Position numbers and translations under genes: made by a program. This document shows, in pieces, positions 10,663 through 21,412 of a DNA stretch of 64,000 bases. The first letter of the stretch is position 1. Each line of letters starts with the position of its first letter. The stretch comes from Desulfatiglandales bacterium (lineage in GTDB: Bacteria; Desulfobacterota; DSM-4660; Desulfatiglandales; HGW-15), in NCBI GenBank assembly GCA_963667015.2, contig CAXXJJ010000001.1:1568001-1632000 (forward strand). Reading direction: 5' to 3'. The notes beneath the pieces were generated by a model. It was not told the origin of the DNA and did not search any database. It saw only the letters and a list, made by a program, of their open reading frames with translations.

Positions 10663-11535
10663 TTAAGATGAATAAAACCGGGTAGTCGGGTATGCCAGAT
10701 CTATATTTTCTTCCATCTCAAATGCCTCCAGGATTGCCTCCCATATTTTCTGTTCACTTGATCGGCGCTGACGGGGGTTCACAAGATATCGTATGGTCAA
10801 CAGGACCCCGCTGTCTTTTACTGTCGTATATACGATAGGTGTGAGTGCGCCGTAAAAGATCATATACTTGTTTGCTGCACTGCGGATCTGCTCCTGGGCG
10901 CCGTCGGAAAGATGTTCTATGTCTTCACTCGTTACCTTTTTAAGTATTTCCTTTGCTCTTTTCCAGTCGCTTTCAAAGGTTACAAGCACAGGTATTTCAT
11001 GCCAGATATATTCAAAACCTATATGGTAGTTTGCCAGGTGTTCTCTGAGAATCTGACTGTTAGGTATATGGACGATCCTGCCGGTGCTCTGGTCCGCATC
11101 TACCCAGTTTCCTATTTCAATCAGACTGAACTGAAATATCCTGGTGTCTATTACATCCCCGGCAACGCCCCCTATCTCAACCCTGTCCCCGACCTTGAAC
11201 GGTTTTCGCCTGATTATAAAAAGCCAGCCCGCCAGGTTGGCAATAGTATCATGCATTGCAACTGCAACACCCGCACTGGCGAGGCCCAGAAAGGTTGTAA
11301 GGGAGGCAATGCCCCTCGTCCAGATCGGTCCGATCATCACTATCAGCAGTAATGTATATATGTATAAAACCGCACGGCGCCACCGGTATGCGACCTTTAC
11401 ATCCAGGTTGCGTCTCTTGATTATAAGATTGCATAAAAATTTACCGGCTGAAAGAACAAGAAAGATGACGACTGTAGAGATAAGGAGTTTAATTAATTCG
11501 GGAGACATACTAAGGTATTCATTAAAGAGCTGCAT
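10663..11535 (-). CDS. Small-conductance mechanosensitive channel (MscS family)
   Basis: Three TM helices, PFKVGDRVEIGG..GDV, IPNS. Confidence 0.85.
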   Translation of the reverse strand: MQLFNEYLSMSPELIKLLISTVVIFLVLSAGKFLCNLIIKRRNLDVKVAYRWRRAVLYIYTLLLIVMIGPIWTRGIASLTTFLGLASAGVAVAMHDTIANLAGWLFIIRRKPFKVGDRVEIGGVAGDVIDTRIFQFSLIEIGNWVDADQSTGRIVHIPNSQILREHLANYHIGFEYIWHEIPVLVTFESDWKRAKEILKKVTSEDIEHLSDGAQEQIRSAANKYMIFYGALTPIVYTTVKDSGVLLTIRYLVNPRQRRSSEQKIWEAILEAFEMEENIDLAYPTTRFYSS

Positions 11536-11618
11536 TGCACTTTACCTGATTAAGTGTGTATGGACTCAAACCGATATTACCGGTTTGAGTTCTTTCTTAA
11601 AATACACGGAGACGGCGA

Positions 11619-13220
11619 CTACTCGGTTTTTGTATCTCCTCTGAGCTTTGCAAAATAGGCATCAAAGGCCATAATTTTATCAAGATCGGGATGCGTTTTT
11701 GCACCTGTATTGCCGTCAATATACATGACCCGGTTTTCCTTTTCATCAAATGCCGGCCACTGCGGCAGGCCTTCCCCGTTTGGGTCCCCGGTTTTTGCAA
11801 AGTTTATCCAGTAGGAACTTACAAGTGCATTCAATGCCCTGTCTTCTTCTGTAGCAGGTCTGCTGTTCATAGGGCCGGGTCCGCCCAGGTTTCCGAAAAC
11901 ATAGGGGATTTCAGAAGCATGGTTAGCTCCGCCCGGGATACCTGGCACCCGGTGGTCAAAATAATACACATAGGCCCTGTTGCTGCTGTTGCGGGTATGC
12001 ATAACTGCCCATGCCCAGGTCGGCCATGCAAAGGTAGATTCACGCATCAGGTCCTTGGCTGACTGGGTTGCTTCTTCTTCCGTAGAATGAGGGTAAACCC
12101 TGAGGATTTCGTCTGCAGCAAGGGCATACTGACTCTGGACCATTTTTATAAATCCTTCACTGTCCAGTTTCTGATTTACAAAGAGTCCTCCTTCATTTGA
12201 GTTTGATCCTACAAGGATAGGTGTATCATTAAATAAACCGTTTTTGAAAACCTCATACATGTTTTTGGGGATTGTTACTCCATCCGCTACAGGCCAGAAG
12301 TTTCCCATGCCCTTTGTATCCTTTTGAATCTCTTCAGCACTGAGAGCCCTTGCCTCTGCAATAGTATTTGCGCCAAGATTTTCCAGATATTTTTTGCCCA
12401 TTTCTTCAGCCTGTTCAAGTGTAGCCCTTGCAGGTCCCAAACCTCCGCCGCTTTCAGAGATGGCACGGTGAAACAGGCCCTTTGCCTTTGGAGATGCAGT
12501 GATCATGCAGACAGAAAAACCGCCTGCCGATTCACCGAATATTGTTACGTTTGACGGATCGCCGCCAAAATTTGCTATGTTTTCTTTTACCCACGCAAGC
12601 CCCGCGATCTGATCCTGGATTCCATAGGTCCCTGAACCATGGCCGCTTTCAGCACTGAGTTCCGGATGTGCCAGGAAACCCATTGGCCCAACCCTGTACG
12701 TGACGCTTACCAGGACTATGCCTTTTTTCGCCAGATTGGCTCCGTCATAGGCAGGACTGCTTGTCATGCCGATACCGAATCCCCCTCCATAGATCCATAC
12801 CATTACGGGTCTTTTTTCATCGGTTTTTTTAGCTCCTGTCCATACGTTAAGGTAAAGGCAGTCCTCGCTTACTTCCTGGGGGCCGCCAAGCGCTGCGCCA
12901 AATGAGGTGTCCTGCATGGGCCCGGGGGCAAATTTGTCTGTCTTTATTACTCCTTCCCAGGGAACAACAGGCTGAGGGGACCTCCAGCGCAGGTCTCCAA
13001 CAGGAGGGGCCGCAAAAGGAATTCCCTTATATGTGAAAACACCATCCTCATTAATACCCTCGATTGTTCCTCCGGTTACAGCAACTGTTGTTGAAAGCGC
13101 CGGAGCTTCTTTTACCGCCTTTACCTCGGTTGTTTCTGTCTGAGGGGGTTTTTCGCAGGCAAAGGTAAAAAAGGTCAGTAACAGGAATATCAGAAAACGG
13201 CCGGAATATTTATTAAGCAT
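11619..13220 (-). CDS. Type B carboxylesterase, lipoprotein
   Basis: GIPFAAPPVG.LRW, SEDCLYLNVW, GESAG nucleophile, lipobox TFAC. Confidence 0.9.
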   Translation of the reverse strand: MLNKYSGRFLIFLLLTFFTFACEKPPQTETTEVKAVKEAPALSTTVAVTGGTIEGINEDGVFTYKGIPFAAPPVGDLRWRSPQPVVPWEGVIKTDKFAPGPMQDTSFGAALGGPQEVSEDCLYLNVWTGAKKTDEKRPVMVWIYGGGFGIGMTSSPAYDGANLAKKGIVLVSVTYRVGPMGFLAHPELSAESGHGSGTYGIQDQIAGLAWVKENIANFGGDPSNVTIFGESAGGFSVCMITASPKAKGLFHRAISESGGGLGPARATLEQAEEMGKKYLENLGANTIAEARALSAEEIQKDTKGMGNFWPVADGVTIPKNMYEVFKNGLFNDTPILVGSNSNEGGLFVNQKLDSEGFIKMVQSQYALAADEILRVYPHSTEEEATQSAKDLMRESTFAWPTWAWAVMHTRNSSNRAYVYYFDHRVPGIPGGANHASEIPYVFGNLGGPGPMNSRPATEEDRALNALVSSYWINFAKTGDPNGEGLPQWPAFDEKENRVMYIDGNTGAKTHPDLDKIMAFDAYFAKLRGDTKTE

Positions 13221-13404
13221 TGTACCTCCTTATTTTAGGTGTATGTCTAACATGAAAAAAAATTGGTATGGGCCTTCTCCCTTAGGCTATAAAGGATTGA
13301 ACAGTTTTGTACTATATTAAATCGGGGAAGGGGAATCAAGAAATAACATGTTTCTATGTGAGAAGTCGCAGGATTAAGCCTGTTCCCCTCTCTATGCAGA
13401 TGTT

Positions 13405-14028
13405 TTAATTTGCTTTTCCATTCTCATCGAATTCTATTTTATTACCCTTTGCATAAATCTCTCCATTTATCTCATAATTCTCAGCCAGTTTACAGCTTTT
13501 AATATGGCCATTTTCATACAGACCTACATATACGAAGACAGTAGCCTCACATGGGACTCCATCTACTGTTACGTCTTCAGGCGGATAAAAGCTCCTCAGT
13601 CTGCCGCTTTTATAAAACCCTGTATGGGTTCCCTTATACCCTCCGCTCCCTCCGCACAAATAGCCCTGGATCTCATAATCAAATGGAAGAGAACAGATAT
13701 AGCCGGCTTGCGTCTCATGATGGGGCAGTTGAATCCAGGTATGGGCAGGAAGAAGGGTATTGTTGTATGTAAAATCTTTACTTAACTGAAAAGATTTAAG
13801 CTGCCAGTTCTGTTTAAAATGTATCCAGCCTTTTTCGCATGGGAAACCCTGGATTTCATGATTTTCTAACATATAGCCTATTATGGTACCGCTCTCCGAC
13901 TGATTTATTTTTTTGAAGTGAATCCCTTTTTTTACAACATCATATTCCCAGTTTTTGCAGCCTGATAAACAGGAGCTGATCGCTATAATCAGGCTTAAAG
14001 CGCAAAAATTTATAATACCGCTTTTCAT
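13405..14028 (-). CDS. Hypothetical lipoprotein with internal G.PC repeats
   Basis: Lipobox LSGC; repeated I/V.G.PC / G.L.S units; AAGGAG RBS. Confidence 0.6.
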   Translation of the reverse strand: MKSGIINFCALSLIIAISSCLSGCKNWEYDVVKKGIHFKKINQSESGTIIGYMLENHEIQGFPCEKGWIHFKQNWQLKSFQLSKDFTYNNTLLPAHTWIQLPHHETQAGYICSLPFDYEIQGYLCGGSGGYKGTHTGFYKSGRLRSFYPPEDVTVDGVPCEATVFVYVGLYENGHIKSCKLAENYEINGEIYAKGNKIEFDENGKAN

Positions 14029-14116
14029 GTTTCACTCCTTGTCGTATTTAAGGTTATTAACGAATCCGCTTTATTGACTGGTCATTATTTTTTATTGTTT
14101 ATATCCCGTATTTATA

Positions 14117-14161
14117 AGCAAGGACTGTGCCTGAATGACAGTTGTTTTAAACATGTTGATT
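14117..14161 (-). promoter_or_regulatory. Putative sigma54 promoter for the 13405-14028 gene
   Basis: Minus strand AGGCACAGTCCTTGCT (GG-N10-GC) at 14117-14132; near-consensus IHF site AATCAAcatgTTT upstream. Confidence 0.5.
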
Positions 14162-14372
14162 TAACAGCATATATTCAGTAATGTGCAGATGTATAAGCGT
14201 AAATGATAAATAGAAAAACGCATTGGATGTACAGGCCTTATACATGATTTGCATAGATTCAAATGTTTTGGCTTAAAAAAGATTATATTAAGATAGCTGA
14301 TATTATTCTCCCATATCAATCAATATATAGACAGTGAAAATATTTAGACAACTTAAACCGGAGAGGTCAAAT

Positions 14373-16184
14373 ATGAGTTCAGTACATTTTTTTACAGGGT
14401 GGCGTCTGGGTGCTGTTGCTGCCGGAATAGTAATTCTACTGTCATTCTGGGGATGCGAAAAGTCAGAAGAAACAGCAGATGCAGGTATTAAGGATGGGGT
14501 TAAGCTAACAGTCCTCAATCCAAGAGGTCAGCCGTCAGGGATATTCGGCAGGGTGGGTGAAGCCGGTGCGGGCATGCTTGCCAATCGCAATCCGGATACT
14601 CAGCCCAAACTCTCCCGTGATGAACTTATCCCGCTTCGGATGGCTCCCAGGCTGGACAGTCTGGAAAACAAGACTATTTACCTGGTAGATACCGGCTTTG
14701 CCGGCGGCAAAGAGTTTCTCGAAGAAATGCAGAACTGGTTCAAAGATAATATGCCTTCCGTCAAAACGGTTGTGCACATTAAAAGCGGTAATGCCTTTGT
14801 AGACAGTCCCGAACTCTGGCCTGAATTAAAGAAAAAGGCAGATGGTGTTGTATTCGGCGTTGGGGGGTGAGACGGCTGTTCGGCGAGTATCGCCGAGTTC
14901 AGCAGGATAATGGAAGGTGAGTTCGGAGTACCTACTGCACCAATAGTCACATCCCGTTTTGCAGAATATGTTGTAAGGGATGGCAACTCACACGGAATGA
15001 ACCTCAGGTGGACCTTTCCTCCCTACCCGGTTGCATGGGTATCTAAAGAGAAACTGGTTGAATATATAAACGGAGATGATCCTGTGACCGGTAAAAAGTT
15101 AATGACCGAAGTAATTGATGCATTGACCATGCCTTTGACCGATGAAGAGAAAAATCCTGAAATTAAAAAAAGGGAAAAACTCCCCCGCCTCCTTGAACCG
15201 GATACAGAAGAAAACCTCAATCGGATGTTTATTGAGAAGGGATGGACAGACGGACTGCCCATTGTGCTTCCTACAGAAGAAAGGGTAGCTGAAATGCTAA
15301 CCGGAACCGGCCATGACCCGCAGGAGAAGGTTGGAATGATGTCGGTTACCACCCATGAGGAACTGAATGAATATACTGTTGAGAAGGTGGCAGCAATAGC
15401 CGTAATGGCGGGTGCCAGACCGGAGCACCTTCCTGTAATCCTGGCAATAGCCTCAACCCAGCATCCGTCCATCCCGAGTTCTACGGGGTCATACGGGAGT
15501 ATGGTGGTGGTTAACGGTCCGGTAGCCAGGATAATCGGTATGAACAGCGGTGTCGGCGCCCTTGGTCCTTTCAATTATGCCAATTCTGTAATCGGAAGGG
15601 CATGGACCTTGATGAGTATCAATTTTGGTGATGCACGGCCGGGTGATACGTATATGGCTACTATTGGCAATGGCCTGAGTTTTACAAATCAGTGCTGTGC
15701 AGAAAATGAGGAAAAGAGCCCCTGGGATGCCTTTCATGTGCGCAAGGGTTTCAAGCTCTCGGACAGCGCGGTAAGCGTTTTTCGGGGATGGAACGTATCT
15801 ACGCTCGGGATGGGTGGAGCTGATGCTATCCTGGAGAGGATTCAGTCATCCGGAATGATGGGCAGCTGCACCTTTGTGGTGGATCCCCTGGCGGCAAAAT
15901 CCCTGAAGGATGAAGGCTGGGATGATCCGTTCAAGCTGAGTGAGTATCTTGCAGGAAAATTAGGGAACTCCTTCTTCAAGCCAAAGCCAGAGGGCATCAA
16001 TTTTGTCGTTGTGGGAGGTGAAACCAATCCCATCTGGCAGTCTACTGATTATACCTGTTACAAAACAGTTTCAGTTGATAATTGGGTACCGGAAGACGGA
16101 ATAAAGCTGGATAAAAAACCTATACGCATGCCGGTAAGCAAACAGTGTGAAGACGAGTTATGCCTGATTGGCAGGAAAGAATGA
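14373..16184 (+). CDS. UGSC-family-like selenoprotein (UxxC), putative lipoprotein; one ORF via Sec at TGA 14868-14870
   Basis: ORFs 14334-14870 and 14910-16184 are in frame; readthrough gives GVGG-U-DGC-SAS; hairpin directly 3' of the TGA; C-terminal GWTDGLPIVLPT..RV..ML and AVMAGARPE motifs; lipobox FWGC. Confidence 0.85.
14875..14903 (+). promoter_or_regulatory. Putative bacterial SECIS element
   Basis: GCTG-t-TCGGCGA-gta-TCGCCGA-gtt-CAGC hairpin starting just after the in-frame TGA, G in apical loop. Confidence 0.75.
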
Positions 16185-16185
16185 T

Positions 16186-16210
16186 CTTTTCCCGGGCAAT
16201 CGGGGGAAAG
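16186..16210. terminator. Possible hairpin terminator between convergent genes
   Basis: CTTTTCCCG...CGGGGGAAAG imperfect inverted repeat. Confidence 0.35.
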
Positions 16211-16224
16211 GGGATATTGTCTTC

Positions 16225-16491
16225 CTATTGCCTGGGTTTTAAATAGTTGCCTGTCAGTTCCTTTAATATGGATAGTACGTTGCTCCCTCTCTCCCGGGCA
16301 ATGTGGTGGGCTTCATCCACAATACTACTGGCCTGCTTTTTAAGTTCCGATTCAGGGGGCAGTGGAATATTTGATTTCTGATATTTCCACGTCAAAAACT
16401 GTATGGTCATTCTTTCTTCCTGGCGTCTTATAAATCCCATAGATTGATTATTCCTGAAATTGTTTAATGTTAAGTTTGCTAAGTCACTCAA
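16225..16491 (-). CDS. Small hypothetical protein
   Basis: Co-oriented ORF downstream of the cytochrome; true start uncertain. Confidence 0.45.
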   Translation of the reverse strand: MSDLANLTLNNFRNNQSMGFIRRQEERMTIQFLTWKYQKSNIPLPPESELKKQASSIVDEAHHIARERGSNVLSILKELTGNYLKPRQ

Positions 16492-16515
16492 TCAACGATA
16501 TCTTCTCATTTATTG

Positions 16516-17787
16516 TTATCTGAATATTTGTATGGGCTGCTTTTTTCCTGTTTTTTCATCTCTCATTGCCTTTGCAAGCTCTTTTATCTCTGTAAGATCC
16601 TTTTTAAGCTTTCCATAACCATACCATGTGGAATAATCATAGTTAAGGTGGAAGGCTCCCTGAAAGGTCTTCATCCGGTGATCCATAAACATTTCATATA
16701 GAATCTGCTCCACCTTTGTATCTACATCATAAAATGCCAGGAGGTCAGGGTAGCTTGCATTTCCCTCTTTCTTTTCTATTATATGATCCTGATACAAGCC
16801 GGCTACTATCTCAATGGCCTCTGCAAACAGTTTATCCGCCTCTTTAATCATCATGTCTGCGTTATTGAAATTTTGGGCTACAAAATTTGGAGAATGGCAC
16901 TGTTTGCATACATCTGTAAAACGTTTTCTTTCTGCATCAAAATCTTCTCTGGTCAGGCGGGCGACCTTTCCGGCCTTGACAACATCAAGGCGTGGTGTTG
17001 GATTGCCGTCAGGGTCGAGTACACCCAGTCCCTTTAAGATAGTGGCCCTGTATCCCATCCATTCACTGTCTTCTTCGGGCAGGCGAACTCCCAGGAAGCC
17101 CCATGCTGAAAAGACCCGATGATTTCCGTCAGGCATATGGCATGTCTGGCATTTAGGCGCCCGGTCTTTATTTTCAGGATCGGTTACACGGTTTATCATG
17201 TAGGTAACACCGTGTTTGGCTCCGGAATACATCTCCCACTGTGCATGATCAAAACCCATATGGCATGTCATACATGCCTCAGGTTCCGAGGCCTCTTTTT
17301 TGGAAAAGGAGTGGCGTGTATGGCAATTCTGGCAATCCATTCCGTATCGATAATATTTGCGTCCCTCATCAAGTCTTGCATTCTGATCTGTAACTCCCAG
17401 TGTATGGCAGCCGCCGCATCCTTTTTGCCCTTCAACAAAGGCTTTGGGCTGCATATGGGTGTAGGGCATGGCATTCATGGCAACCGCCCCGAGGGCATGT
17501 TTTCCCGAGAGGTATTGAGATGCCTGATCTGAATGACATTCTTCACAGGTTGCAATAGTGGGAAGCTGTGCCTTTACTATATCATCCATACCTTGATGCA
17601 TATTGCCATGGCAGTCGATACAGCTCATACTTTCGGACATAACACCCCTGTTAAAATCCTTAACCTGCATGGGCGTGATTTTACTGTGACATTTTTCACA
17701 GTCCGAAGTCACGGCCGAAACAGAGGTATAGTTTAAAACACCAATGAGAACTGCAAATAAAACAGGAAGATATTTTTTTAAGGTCAT
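16516..17787 (-). CDS. Octaheme cytochrome c, HAO family
   Basis: Signal peptide; 8 CxxCH motifs (CEKCH, CIDCH, CEECH, CGGCH, CQNCH, CMTCH, CQTCH, CKQCH); CHTRH.F, CHMG.DHAQWE, KHG motifs. Confidence 0.85.
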   Translation of the reverse strand: MTLKKYLPVLFAVLIGVLNYTSVSAVTSDCEKCHSKITPMQVKDFNRGVMSESMSCIDCHGNMHQGMDDIVKAQLPTIATCEECHSDQASQYLSGKHALGAVAMNAMPYTHMQPKAFVEGQKGCGGCHTLGVTDQNARLDEGRKYYRYGMDCQNCHTRHSFSKKEASEPEACMTCHMGFDHAQWEMYSGAKHGVTYMINRVTDPENKDRAPKCQTCHMPDGNHRVFSAWGFLGVRLPEEDSEWMGYRATILKGLGVLDPDGNPTPRLDVVKAGKVARLTREDFDAERKRFTDVCKQCHSPNFVAQNFNNADMMIKEADKLFAEAIEIVAGLYQDHIIEKKEGNASYPDLLAFYDVDTKVEQILYEMFMDHRMKTFQGAFHLNYDYSTWYGYGKLKKDLTEIKELAKAMRDEKTGKKQPIQIFR

Positions 17788-18050
17788 TTTAAATCCTCAT
17801 ATAAAAGGGGGTTCCTGAAGTTATTGACTCTTTGAGTTGCATAAAAAAAGAATTATTGAATTTTAAACCATAAACCGGGGCATGTCAAAATAAGTTATTT
17901 TAACAACCGCCTGTAGGAACATTTTTTACTCACATTGGTAAGGACTTTTCGATTGTTTTGGACAGTAACAGCATTGCATATTATAATAGGATCGTTTTAA
18001 TTGCCCATTATAAGGATTAAGATGTCTAAACCCGGATCCTGGATGGAGGA

Positions 18051-20555
18051 ATGGTGGAGTCGACTAATCTTTCGATATATATTTCATATACAGTAATATT
18101 CTTCATCGTAGCTCTTGCTTCCAGACAAATCGGGAAATATTTTTCGGAAATAAAACTGCCTCTTATTACAGGTTTTCTGTTTGTCGGTATCCTGGCAGGA
18201 CCTTTTATCTTAAATATGGTTCCCGCAGTAGCTGTAAGTGAATTAAAATTTATAGATGAAATATCACTGGCATTTATTGCCTTTTCTGCAGGAAGCGAAC
18301 TGGTAGTACGTCAGATAAAAAGCAGACTTAAAGCAATTCGTTATGTCACAATAGGATTGGTGACCAGTACCTTTTGTGTGAGCAGTTTCGGTTTTTATGT
18401 TCTATCTGAAATAATCCCGGTAATAAATAGTATGTCTGCCGCTCATCGTGCAGCGGCTTCGCTTCTGGTAGGGGCAATTATGACAGCCAGATCCCCGTCC
18501 TCAGCTATTGCGATTGTGAACGAGTTGAGAGCAAAGGGCCCTTTTACTAAAACAGCGCTGGGTGTAACGATGATTATGGATGTTGTAGTTATCATTTTAT
18601 TCAGCATTTCAGGCTCCATTACTGAAACGGTTCTGGAAAATGTCGGGTTTGATTCAATCTTTCTGCTTATTATGCTGGCGGAACTTTCTCTAACGTTATT
18701 GTCAGGATATCTTGTAAGCCAGGTTCTGAGGCTGATACTGTCTCTGCATTGCGGCAGGTGGTGGAAAACCATCCTGGTAATGGCAACCGGTTTTGGAATG
18801 TTTGCTGTCGCAAATCCAATCTGGGCACTGACCGAAAAATATATGTCCCATGGAATACTTATTGAGCCGCTTTTAAGCTGCATGATTGCTGGTTTTTTTA
18901 CCGCAAATTACACTGTTTATCGTACTGAATTGTTAAAGGTGCTTCATGATATAGGCCCATTTGTTTATACTGCCTTTTTTACACTGACCGGCCTTTCCGT
19001 TCGCCTGGATGTCCTGGCCCAGTGCTGGCAAATAGCCCTGGCACTTTTTGCATTTCGACTGGCAGGCAACTTTATCGGCGCATTCGGTGGAAGTTTTTTT
19101 GCCGGAGAACCATTCAAAGAGAGTCGGATTGCCTGGATGTGTTATATAACCCAGGCAGGAGTAGGACTCGGCCTTGCCAAGCAGGTATCAAACCAATTCC
19201 CGGGGTGGGGAGAGGTTCTGGCAACTCTTGTCATAGCGGTCATAGTTCTGAATCAGATTGCAGGTCCTCCATTTTTCAAATGGGCACTTTATCTGGCCAG
19301 GGAGATAAAACCAAAGACAGAAACTTCTTTTTCCGGGGGAGTTCGTGACGCGATAATTTTTGGTCTGGAAGGAGAGTCCCTTGCCCTTGCACGTTTGCTT
19401 CAATCGAACAACTGGGAGGTTAAAATTGCGACCAACCAGGTTGAGTATGTGCGGTCAGCCGCATCATCGACTGATATTGAGATACATCCTGTTTCTGATT
19501 TGAAGTTAGGCACTCTTAACAGGCTGGGGATAGGTCAGGTCGACTCTATTGTGGCCATGCTGTCTGATGAGGAAAATTACAGAATCTGCGAGCTGGTCCA
19601 TAATAATTTTGGAATCAGAAATTTCATAGTAAGGTTGAATCAACATGCTTATTACAAACGCTTCCACCAGTTGGGAGCGATTGTTGTCGAACCCCGTACG
19701 GCAATAGTGAACCTGCTTGATCAGTTTGTGAGATCACCGTCAGCAGCCCGGCTGCTCCTGGGAATGGAGAAGGGCAGGGAAATTTTTGAATTTGAGCTCC
19801 ATAATTCTGATTTGCATGGTATTGCTATTCGCGATCTTCATCTTCCTCTTGATCTGCATATCCTGTCCATACGCAGGAATGGCCAGATGATAGTATCATT
19901 TGGATTTACACAGCTTGAGGTAGGTGACTGGCTTACTGTAGTCGGTTCGCGGACAAGCCTTGAAAAGATGAAACTTCAATTTGGAGAGAGCAGGGAGGAT
20001 GCCCTGGTAAACATGGTTGACTTTACTGCTGATAAGTCTCTCAACTCTCCAAAGCTCGACAGGGAAGTAAAGGAGATAATAAAAGACAGAGATATGGGGC
20101 AGCGTGCACGTTTTGATAAGCTTATTGATGAGTGTGCAGTACTGGACCTGCCTTCAGCCACTACCTATGAGCTGTTCTTTGATCAGGCTGCGGATATCCT
20201 GTCTTCTGCACTTACAGTCCCTAAGGATGATATTTGTAGATTACTTATTGAAAGGGAAAAGGAAAGCAGTACTGCATTCAGGCCTGATCTTGCCATCCCA
20301 CATATAATCATCGAAGGAGAGGACAGGTTTCACCTTCTGCTGGTACGCTGCAAGGAGGGGATATATTATTCGGAGCTTGCCCCTAGGGTTCAGGCCGTTT
20401 TTCTGCTGGCAGGTACGAGCGATCAGCGTGACTTCCATCTCTACACCCTTGCATCCATAGCAGAGGTGGTGCAGCAGACCTTCTTTAATGAAAGATGGCT
20501 AAAGGCAAATAATGAAAACACCCTGCGCAATATTGCAAAGATTAAAAAGGGATGA
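18051..20555 (+). CDS. Cation:proton antiporter fused to TrkA-N/TrkA-C (RCK) and PTS EIIA domains
   Basis: About 12 TM segments ending TQAGVGLGL; RCK-like region; C-terminal REKESSTAF..DLAIPH EIIA motif. Confidence 0.8.
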   Translation: MVESTNLSIYISYTVIFFIVALASRQIGKYFSEIKLPLITGFLFVGILAGPFILNMVPAVAVSELKFIDEISLAFIAFSAGSELVVRQIKSRLKAIRYVTIGLVTSTFCVSSFGFYVLSEIIPVINSMSAAHRAAASLLVGAIMTARSPSSAIAIVNELRAKGPFTKTALGVTMIMDVVVIILFSISGSITETVLENVGFDSIFLLIMLAELSLTLLSGYLVSQVLRLILSLHCGRWWKTILVMATGFGMFAVANPIWALTEKYMSHGILIEPLLSCMIAGFFTANYTVYRTELLKVLHDIGPFVYTAFFTLTGLSVRLDVLAQCWQIALALFAFRLAGNFIGAFGGSFFAGEPFKESRIAWMCYITQAGVGLGLAKQVSNQFPGWGEVLATLVIAVIVLNQIAGPPFFKWALYLAREIKPKTETSFSGGVRDAIIFGLEGESLALARLLQSNNWEVKIATNQVEYVRSAASSTDIEIHPVSDLKLGTLNRLGIGQVDSIVAMLSDEENYRICELVHNNFGIRNFIVRLNQHAYYKRFHQLGAIVVEPRTAIVNLLDQFVRSPSAARLLLGMEKGREIFEFELHNSDLHGIAIRDLHLPLDLHILSIRRNGQMIVSFGFTQLEVGDWLTVVGSRTSLEKMKLQFGESREDALVNMVDFTADKSLNSPKLDREVKEIIKDRDMGQRARFDKLIDECAVLDLPSATTYELFFDQAADILSSALTVPKDDICRLLIEREKESSTAFRPDLAIPHIIIEGEDRFHLLLVRCKEGIYYSELAPRVQAVFLLAGTSDQRDFHLYTLASIAEVVQQTFFNERWLKANNENTLRNIAKIKKG

Positions 20556-20607
20556 AAGTAAAAAACTTCTGCATACTCTAGCGAAGCGGGCGAGAGATAA
20601 AGCAGTT

Positions 20608-21411
20608 TTACTTTTTGATTTTTCTAACTACTGTTGAAACAGTAAACGCAGCAACCAGAAGAAGAATGACCGTTGCCCCTGATGCAAGGTCATATATGTA
20701 TGATATCCATAAACCCGCAGTCGTCAGGATAATCCCCAGCAGGACGGAAAAAAACATCATGGGCTTAAGGCCGATTGTATACTGTTTTGCAATCGATGGC
20801 GGAATTGTAAGGAGTGCAATAACCATTATTATCCCGACTATTCTTATGAGCATAACAACAGTCAATGCCACAAGGGTTAGTAAAAAAAGGTAGAAAAACA
20901 GGGTGTTGATACCTGATGCACGGGCAAATTCTTCATCAAAGGAGATAGCCAGGAATTCCCTGTAAAACAGGTATACGGCCAGGAATATAAAAATATCCAG
21001 GCCTGCCATTATATAGATATCATATCTTGGTACTGTGAGGATATTACCGAACAGATAGCTGAAGAGGTCAGGGACATATCCTGGTGTCAGGCCGATGAAG
21101 ATAACCCCGAGGGCCATACCGGCAGTCCACAGGATCCCAATGGCAGTGTCCTCACTCACATTGGCCCTCCTGCTTATTATCCCGATGGTCCATGCCGAAG
21201 CAAGGCTGAAGGGCAGGAGGCAGATTAGGGGATCCACCCCTATAAGATATCCCAGTCCCAGTCCTCCGAAGGATGCATGGGCGATTCCCCCGCTTATATA
21301 GCCGATTTTTTTTACAACAACATATGAGCCTATGATTCCGCATGCGATGCTCCCAAGAAGGGCAGCCAGCAGGGCATTTTGCATAAATTCAAACTGGAGT
21401 GCTTCTATCAT
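20608..21411 (-). CDS. znuB: Zn/Mn ABC transporter permease
   Basis: GGIAHASFGG, SYLFGNIL, SFDEEFA motifs. Confidence 0.85.
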   Translation of the reverse strand: MIEALQFEFMQNALLAALLGSIACGIIGSYVVVKKIGYISGGIAHASFGGLGLGYLIGVDPLICLLPFSLASAWTIGIISRRANVSEDTAIGILWTAGMALGVIFIGLTPGYVPDLFSYLFGNILTVPRYDIYIMAGLDIFIFLAVYLFYREFLAISFDEEFARASGINTLFFYLFLLTLVALTVVMLIRIVGIIMVIALLTIPPSIAKQYTIGLKPMMFFSVLLGIILTTAGLWISYIYDLASGATVILLLVAAFTVSTVVRKIKK

Positions 21412-21412
21412 T

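Noticed and set aside
13376..13389. GCCTGTTCCCC as another Y1-family IR end
   Set aside because: Does not match GGGGTCAG/GGGGACAG exactly; no partner or transposase nearby
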